A DNA stretch of 64,000 bases from Lingula anatina. Lineage: Eukaryota; Animalia; Brachiopoda. A program made the translations under genes and the position numbers. Positions 55,963 through 64,000 of this stretch are shown in pieces. The notes under the pieces are model-generated. The model was not told the DNA's origin. It did no database searches and worked only from the letters and a program-made list of their open reading frames with translations. The stretch spans positions 25,468,225 through 25,532,224 of the forward strand of contig CM120640.1 in the NCBI GenBank assembly GCA_051362555.1, read 5' to 3'. The first letter of the stretch is position 1, and each line of letters starts with the position of its first letter.

Positions 55963-58747
55963 CTGTTTTAAATTTAAAAATAAATTAATCACAGTTATTG
56001 TGCTGTATTGGCACATTTTTCTAAAATTATAATATTTCATACATTCCTAATGTTATAAAATGAAAAAAAAAAGAATGTATATATGTAAAGAAAAAAAATC
56101 TCATTTAATGTCAATTTTGGCAGAACTGACCTTTTGGCACAATTCCTAATTCAAGTTGCTGGTTGAAGTCACAGTCAAACAAATCTCCATTCCACTTGAC
56201 ATTCAGTGTATTTCTACACATTAAGTTGTCTATAGTTGCAATGTTGTAGTTCCTCACCAGCAAATCCATGTACTCTTGAAGCTCATTTCTGAAAAGTGAC
56301 ACTACCATATGACACCTGTGCAATAACAGAAAGATTGGGTTATCCCACACCTTATCATCTACAACAGACATATACATATATTTTAGCATCTTGTCTCTTT
56401 GACTTGAAAAAAAAACTACTCATAGATAATAATGCTTGCATAAAGCTAGAAACTATTTGTTTAACTTTCAAAATATCCATCCAATTAAATTAATGTATTG
56501 TTGGTATTCTTGGACTTAATAAATCTTATCAATTGGATGGGTACTCTATCTATCCTGGACAGTTCACCTTCTGTATAGGAAGTCCACAAATCTCTTGATT
56601 GGCATATTTGTCATTGTAAAGAGACTGGTGAATTCTATACCAAATGTATCCAACAATTCCTCCCTATATTTTTCTTCCAATTCAGACTGCTTTGGTGGAA
56701 GGAAAGCACCTGCACAAAAATAAGCCCTTTTTGTTAAAGGTACATGCGAACCAAGAATCGGTGAAGGATGGATTCCCACTTACACATGCAAACCACTTCT
56801 ACTAGTTTCTTATACGACTAAAATGAATTCGACATGCCAAAAGAAAAACTGAATAGATCACTCGATCAACAATAAAAGAGCTTTAAACTGCTCCTTCCTT
56901 TAAATTTTTGGTTGGAAATTTAACCGTCTTTCGTGACCTACTTTTCTGCCCCATTGACATACAGCATAGAATGCCAGCAGAAAAATCCATTCAAACATCA
57001 TTTTCCGGTAAAATTAAACAATGCCTTTTGGTAATTCCCTTAGTTATACTACTTGAAACTATATGCTGGCATTTGGTTGTTTTTTGTGACAATAATTCAG
57101 TTTAAAACAAAAGGTGCTGTATGTGGCAACAAAATGGTACATTATTCAAAATAAACGTAGCAAAATTACAAGTGAAATAAACTATGATGTCAGTGACAAT
57201 GTATAAGACTAATACAAACATACTATTACCAATACATGCAAAATTACCAATTTGAAAACACCGATTTTAATTTCAGTTTTAAAAACAGAAGTACAATGTT
57301 GTACCAACCTAGAGGATTATACACAAGGTCTAGCTTCAAATTGCTGCCTGGCTTGCCAAACCCCACCTGGTTCAGTGTCAGTAAAGCCTGGATACTTCTG
57401 TCAAACACACCTTTGCCTCTCTGCATGTTCACATTCTTGGCTGAATAACAGGGCAGGGAAGCAATGATGTGGACACCATTCTCTGCAAGAAACTCTGGCA
57501 AATCTTCTTGACCTATAGGAGAGAGATGAAAAAATGATAAAGCTTAGACTGAAAATAATGCTACCATCAATGCTTGTGATATCATAATCTACACTAAAAC
57601 AAACTTAATGCACTATGATCAACAATATTTATTCTCTATTGTCTTGTATGCTATTCACCATCCTAGTGTTATTGGACAGGTGTGATGTTCTACAGGGTGA
57701 CAGGCACCAAGGATAATTTTGATTAATATGAAGTATTTCCTTAATCTAGTTGACATTCCTTCAATGCACCATAATTTTTGAAAAACTGAGTAAAAGATGT
57801 TTGTGCACAAGAATTATCCCCACTGTAGTCAATAAAGAAGAATTATTTAGGAGGAGAGGGGCTGTGGCAATAAAAGGTTTCTCTCTCAGTCCACCAGTTT
57901 CGTGTTTGTTGACAGAAACAGAATATTTGGATCCCCATACAGTTCCCAAGGATGACAATGTGTAAAGTATTGCATGGGAAATGAAAACACAATCACGGTA
58001 CTGCAGTATACCACTGAATTACCTGGTTCCTGGAGGACTGTTAAGTTACACCTGTCAATGATCTCCCTGTCCAGTTTCCTCACACCTTTAACTAAGTGTC
58101 GGAACTCACTACACAACTCTGGTGCACCTCCTAACAGAAAAAAATGTTTAACTGACATGTAGTAATCAAAAACAATCAGGTTTTCTGTTTATGTCTCTGG
58201 AGCACTTCTAATGAAAAAAGAGCTAGATTTCAACACAATGACCTACAGGTAGAAAAAAAATGTAAGAATCTTTAAACTGACTTCCAAGTTAAAAATCTGG
58301 TGAAATTTCTGGTCTTGTGCAAAACATCAACCTTGCCATAAGATATGACCTGTAATTATGGTGTAACCATATTCAGCAACGCTTCTGAATCAGTTATATT
58401 CAACTTCTGATTCTCATACCTGTTATATCCACAGTGGTGACTGATGGGGAATGAGCCATGATATCCAAGCACTTGTCAGCTACTTCTCTGGTCATCATTT
58501 CCTTTCTTTTGGGAGACGATTCTACATGACAGTGGTTGCAGGCTTGGTTACAGTAGATTCCTATGTTCAACTGCATGATCTCTATTTCATCTTTCTTTAA
58601 ATCTCTTTCCACTTCAGTATCTACAAAGAGAATGCACATGTTTGCACATAGGATCATAATTTTAATCTTAAAAGAACAGATGAGATGTAATCATACATGT
58701 ATGTAGCAGTTTTAAGAAAATATTGAAACTGTAGACTGTAAATTTTG

Positions 58748-58789
<42 letters not shown>

Positions 58790-59466
58790 AACCCAGAACT
58801 CCATTACTGAGCTGTTGTTCCTGCCAGTACTCCAAAAAGCCAGGCACACCAAGCTGATCCAAAGCCCTTTGTCGTTTCTTCCTTTCATCCCTTGTCAGCT
58901 TTGCTTGGCCAAATTTCTTTAATTGTTCTGCTGTGATCTGGAACTGCTTGTCCTCCTGCATTTCCTTTAGAGTCTCTGGTATCAGAGAACCCTGGAAAGA
59001 AAAAAAATCACTTAACAAATACTGACAGATCTAAAATAAATGTTGGTCACAGCTTTTATTCCGTCAGATAAACTGGTACACACGCCCCCTCTTGGCATTA
59101 AGTAAAATACAGAAAAGTTGGTGATTATACTAGTACTGGTACGTTGGCAACAAGAAGAAAAAAAATCTGATTGCATTTAGCGAGAGTCCCCAGGGAGTTG
59201 GATCGCTATTTTCATTGGGAATTAACCCTATGACTGTTACTGTTCATTATGCACAGTACCTGCGTTCTTTCCTTCAAGCCTTGTAATCCTGTCCATGACG
59301 GGGGAGGACGATCTGGTCTCTTCAGCTTGTGTTGGTGAATGTTTACGTCAGTATTGTAATCTGGTAATTCTGGGGCCACATATTGCGGTTTGCCAACTTT
59401 ACTTGACAATGTTCTAAACAGGGACGCAGCTGGCATCAAGTGCCTTCGGTCCCTTATCCTGAACAT
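55811..59466 (-). CDS. arsS: ArsS-like radical SAM / Cys-rich (DUF3641-type) selenoprotein, 8 coding exons, about 456 aa, Sec at residue about 451
   Basis: Exons (minus): 59466-59260, 58991-58793, 58620-58420, 58130-58023, 57512-57309, 56709-56568, 56288-56131, 55962-55811. All introns are GT-AG with compatible phases; total 1371 nt. Motifs: QLNIGIYCNQACNHCHVESSP (CxxxCxxC), VDITGGAPEL, IIDRCNLTVL, IASLPCY..NV..QRG.GVF, LVYNPLGAFLPP, TNMPIKRF, LMCRNTL..W.G.LFDCDFNQQL and HCYGCSAGMGSS[TGA]QG. These match the ArsS/rSAM-SeCys family as recalled. The start ATG and the exon-2 donor are the least certain points. Confidence 0.9.
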
Positions 59467-59504
59467 GGTTAATGCCAACTCATGCTGTACCTGGAGTTAT
59501 AAAC

Positions 59505-59660
59505 GGTCTTGAACGTGTTACATGGTTTACAAAATCTTCCCAGGCGGACTTGAACGTGCTATATTATTTACACTTCCGTGTTATCTGGTTGGCCTAGATC
59601 CCGTGACGTTTCGCTGTGAAAGAACAGTCGATGCTCAGAGGTAACGGCTGACGTAAAATA
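59505..59660 (-). promoter_or_regulatory. TATA-less housekeeping-type promoter of the radical SAM gene
   Basis: ETS motif CGGAAGTG (59571-59578), CRE half-sites TGACGT (about 59604 and 59649), and local CpG enrichment just upstream of exon 1. Confidence 0.45.
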
Positions 59661-59965
59661 TGCCAACCGCAACCATAATTAGAGAGTTTTTGCAAACCTA
59701 GATTTACCAAAACACCTTCAATTTTCGTATCTGTAAGTGTCATAGTGTAACTGCCGAGACATTTACAATTTACCGATTTTGAACAAAGTTGGCATTTATT
59801 ACGGTCTTATTATAGGCCTACTAAAATTTAGGTCTACATATTGGCAGATAAATAAGTAGGTGAAGGTTAATCTAACACTAACGCCTTTCCAGACCAGTCA
59901 AAATGTATAACATAATAAGGTTATAAATTAGAATATAATAAAATTATTTTGTCCATTAGCGACAC

Positions 59966-60255
59966 CAGTGGCGGATTTAGAGGGGAGTGCTGATCCCCCC
60001 CCCCCTTTCGCGGTTTTTGAAAAAAAAAAAAAAAAACTTAGGCCTATATTCCCCTCTTAAAATGGGAAGTTTGACAAGCTGAATCATAGTTCTAAATCAC
60101 ACCAAATAGCACTGTTTGCCCTCCAAAACACCAAATATTTTCGGGGCCCTTGAGTGAGCCCCCCAACCCCACGCCAAGGGAGGGGGGGGGGCGAGGGTCG
60201 GACCCCCCTTCAGATAGTCCTGATAGTTGTGAACGGGGGCCTGGATCCGCCCCTG
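59966..60255. mobile_element. MITE (hAT-like termini), 290 bp, with 6-bp TSD
   Basis: Termini CAGTGGCGGATTTAG and CTGGATCCGCCCCTG form an imperfect TIR; the direct repeat CGACAC flanks it at 59960-59965 and 60256-60261. Confidence 0.85.
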
Positions 60256-60649
60256 CGACACGAAGCAGGGTACTTTGGCGATTTTACTGTTTAATGTGGC
60301 CAAATACTGTACAGTAACAATTAACGTTTGTTTGGAAATCGAAGCAGTCAGTATTTTCGAAATCTACTGTGCAGTCGTTGTCGAAATATTGAGATTTCTT
60401 TTTTTTTTTTTTTTGACTGAACCATGCATGCTCTGTCATAGTCATAATTGGAGCAGCCCAATGAGTTTTAAACAAGGAAATCACCACATACGTAATGCAG
60501 CAGTGCTTCAGACAAAGTAGTCAGTTAATTGTCACTGACACACCTGATTTTACATTTAGGCCTATCAATATTCTTATAGACTGGGTTCCCATACCCAGAT
60601 CGATATAACAGAATCGATCCTTCGCCAAGGAATTTCTCGCTAAATTGCT

Positions 60650-61701
60650 TTCAGCTTAAGCGGCTTAGATGTCTGGCACGCCTACTGAAGCTGCTAAACG
60701 ATACCATCTCGTGGACATCGCCCCATTTCATATGTATCCAGAACCTGTCTCAAAAGAACAATTTCTCGGAGCGCAATTCTTGCTATAATTTTGGTAATGT
60801 AAAGTGCCTGAATATGGCAAGCCGACTTGGAACATCTAGATAAGCTAAAAGAGTGTTTTTAAAATTGACATGCTGTTTTAGAACATAATTCTGAGATGTG
60901 TTAGTTAGTCTTGAGTCAAAGTAAACCCAAAGGAGCTTGACCCAAGGTTCTGGTTTTACCAATTTTCCATTGAAAGGTAATTGCTCGTTACTATGGTTGT
61001 CTGCTGTTTTGCCAATAAAAATAGCTTGGAATTATTCAGCTTCGCTTCCATATTAGAGGAGAACCAGTTTATAGCATTTTGTGGATCATATTCAAGTTTT
61101 AAAGGTATCGAAGTCTGGGTGTGCGACACTAAAGGTGTTATCGTCTGCGTACTATTGTAGAGGTTACAATTTTCAATGAGTGCAAGATATCATTTATGCA
61201 TATGTTGAACAGCAGAGGACCAATGATGGGACCTTGGGGAACACCTTTTTGTAAATATTCCCAACAGCTTAGTGTATCGCCGACTTTCACTCGCTGTTTT
61301 CTATTACTCAAGTAGCTATGCATTAGATATAAAGCATTTTTTGCCGAGACCATATGCCTCTAATTTGGCAAGTAGTAAAGTGTGTGGTATACTGTCGAGT
61401 GCCTTCGATAGGTCCATTAGAACAGCGCCAACATACTCGTTTTTGTCTAAACTCTGTTTCCAGTCCTCTACCATCTTTATAAAGAGTGTCTGACAGCTAT
61501 GGCCATGCCTAAGAAAAATGAGCTCAGTTGTTCCACCATAACCTTTTCGTATATATATTTTTGAAAAAACTGGGAGCACATTTACTGGCCTATATTTTTC
61601 CTTATCAAAAGTCTCCTTCTTTTTATGGATGGGTGTAACATCAGCCTTTTTTAAATCAGAAAAGAAACAGTTTTCGGTCGTGCCTCGATTGATACATTTG
61701 G
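60650..61701 (-). mobile_element. Decayed CR1/L2-group LINE reverse transcriptase fragment
   Basis: Frameshifted RT motifs: KKADVTPIHKK, YRPVNVLPVFSKI, AVLMDLSKALDSIPH, SYLSNRKQRVKV, GVPQGPIIGPLLFNI, YADD and VKLLWVYFDSRL. Left boundary approximate. Confidence 0.88.

Positions 61702-61703
<2 letters not shown>

Positions 61704-61746
<43 letters not shown>
61704..61746. repeat. (TAA)n microsatellite abutting the truncated end of the CR1-like LINE
   Basis: Seen directly in the sequence. Confidence 0.95.
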
Positions 61747-62617
61747 TTATTAAGATTGCAACCCAGTGGGTTGAAGTTGTACATAGTGTTAAGAAAATTG
61801 ACCAACAATTGAAGCAGCTGCTATTTTTACAATTTTTGGAGAAATGTTGTCATGTCCTGTGCTTTTCTTTGTATTGATTTTAGTTGTACGTAACATGTAG
61901 CCAGACAGTCGTCCACGCCACTGGTTTATTACTCAACTACAACGCTTTTCATACCCGTCTTACATATATGAAACATTTACATATTAAAAAGCTCTTATGT
62001 CGCTTTAAAATATCTACTTGGCCATTTTAATGAGGGCAAAATCTCCGCAGTGTCTCGCCTGGAGTTTTTCTCAACTTAGCAACCGTATCTTACGAGACAC
62101 CAGTTCTGTGACACAGCATTACGCTTTTACATATTTTTTTATGAGACAAGTTAGTAGTTAAAGAAAATTATCCGATGAAGCCTGATAAAAACAGCAAATA
62201 TTGTTTTCAAAACAATTTTATCATAAGTGTTGCTTACTGTGATAGTATGACGTGATTTGAAAAAAAAATCTGCGACAAAAATGTTTTCTTATATTGTGAT
62301 TTTTTTCGAGTTAGTTTTTCTTAGGCCCTCTACTTCAGCTTTCATTAATATATATAACTTCATTTCCAATTTTAGTGTTGCGGCTGAATTAAATCACAAT
62401 ACAATTTACATGATTTAAAGGAAGCAAAAGGAAACTACGTAAATCACTATTTATGACTTTAGATAACTATAACAGGGCAAAGCTAAAATAACAGAATTTG
62501 AAAGTAAAATGAAATATTGGATGTAAATAGATTTCAGGTTGTTGAATTTGTGGAGCAATGTAGATAATCATTTAAAAAAGATTCCAATGAACCTTAGGAC
62601 CAGTCCAGCTTCCGTAA

Positions 62618-62858
62618 AGCCTAGATTACATTTACACGGGCTTCGTGCGACGAAATTGTCCGTACGATTTTTTTTTCTGAAATCGTAAGGAGCTACGGGC
62701 TGCGCAGAGTATGTCTTCTTACATGGCCTTAAACCCGTACGATCCCGTGGTATTTTGCACGGCCACCGTCTACCTCCGCTCAGACGCCGTACGAAAAGGG
62801 TATTACGAGCAGTATACGTGCACCGTACGGGCATCGCATTTAAAATGTAATCTAGGCT
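62618..62858. mobile_element. PIF/Harbinger-type MITE, 241 bp
   Basis: Perfect 16-bp TIR AGCCTAGATTACATTT / AAATGTAATCTAGGCT; TAA target duplication on both sides; internal CCGTACG repeats. Confidence 0.88.
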
Positions 62859-63397
62859 TAAAAGACACCTTCAGACTCTTGAAACGCACCCACCTGGCAT
62901 ATCCTACCACGAGTTTCGGAGTCTAGTAAAATTCCACCTGTGCCACCAGCAAACAGACGCTATTTCAATGACACTGCTCACGTATGCCGAGGAGTGGCAA
63001 GCTGCCGACAGTTGTTTATAAATGACATCATTAAGAGTCTTTTTTTTTTTTTGCCATGGACGTTGGGAAAAATCTACAAAGCTTCAAATGTAGGCCAATG
63101 GGCACATAATTACATGTGTAGCACGTTGAAGTATTTCACACTAATGCTCTTAAGGAGGCAGCAGTAATTTTTTTCTTTTTTTTTACACAGGGGTAGTTCT
63201 ATATTCTTGTTATTCGCACATGTAAAACCATGTAATCACCGTTCAAGTGCATTATGTATAGTATACAGAAGGATTACTTACTTTAACAATGAGGACTTAT
63301 GTCCAGGTGTTGTATGTAGTCTGCGAATTGCGTGTTCACTCAATATATTGTATCAACCATCTTGCCTTCAAGTATTAACAGTTAACAACATGAATAT

Positions 63398-63632
63398 TAT
63401 ACTGAAAAAAACTCAATTGTTGAGCACCTTACTTATTTGTAATCCTGCTGACAGTTTCGTCTAGACCTCATCTGGAGTTGTTCACAACTGAAGGTTGTCA
63501 GTAATTTTTTGCCTCTCATATTGTTACTCACATCCTTCTTGTTGTTACTCTCGGGGCTGGAAGATAAAGAACTGTCAGCAGGATTACAAGTAAATAAGTT
63601 TCTTGTTCTTACCAATGAATATTTCTTCAGTA
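63398..63632. repeat. Diverged inverted repeat with a 20-bp perfect core
   Basis: TTGTAATCCTGCTGACAGTT (63437-63456) is mirrored by AACTGTCAGCAGGATTACAA (63570-63589). Weaker similarity extends outward to TATACTGAA/TTCAGTATA. Confidence 0.7.
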
Positions 63633-64000
63633 TAGATCCAGTGAAATTATTTTTTAATATGGATATTATTTAGTAGCCTTTGGACTTTTTTTAAAGTGCC
63701 TGCAAAATTTCCTGTCAAATTGCTCCGTTTAAGGGGGAGAGAGACATTTAAACATAAATTAGAGTCTCAGTCAACTCTTTTTATATTCAGACAAAAAAAG
63801 GTACAGGTCTTTGCACTTTTTATCAGTTAATAAGCAGCTTTATCCCTGTATCAATTTTTAATTCCACTTTTAGGGCCAATTCACAAATACTTTGCTAAGT
63901 TCAGCTTATTTTAGATTCAAGCTTACAAAGGAAAATGATGGCTGATACTAATACTTTTATACATTTATTGGTTGAATAAATTCATATCTCATCTCATCAT

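Noticed and set aside
62170-62205. Degenerate hammerhead-like string CCGATGAAGCCTG...CAGCAAA; also CTGATGA hits at about 19153 and 24703
   Set aside because: Core mismatches and no valid stem II plus GAAA; no flanking stems.

Overview
AT-rich, intron-containing animal genomic DNA, probably from a marine invertebrate; the species cannot be named from the sequence. The left 44 kb holds part of an NK homeobox cluster: Hmx/NK5 (6549-8353) and two tandem NK1/slouch paralogues (26497-32672 and 39646-43401). All three are two-exon genes on the minus strand, separated by long non-coding stretches. An RTEX/L2-like LINE sits antisense in the first NK1 intron. The most notable item is an 8-exon minus-strand gene (55811-59466) encoding an ArsS-type radical SAM enzyme (CNQACNHC motif). 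Its last exon, missed by the ORF track, has an in-frame TGA at the position of the family's conserved C-terminal Cys (HCYGCSAGMGSS-U-QGTTV). A canonical eukaryotic SECIS hairpin lies about 285 nt downstream. This points to an animal radical-SAM selenoprotein, possibly mitochondrial, related to bacterial arsenosugar-biosynthesis ArsS. The right end has two MITEs, a decayed CR1-like LINE and a possible homeobox remnant. All gene models were assembled by hand from GT-AG sites and reading-frame continuity; no database searches were run.
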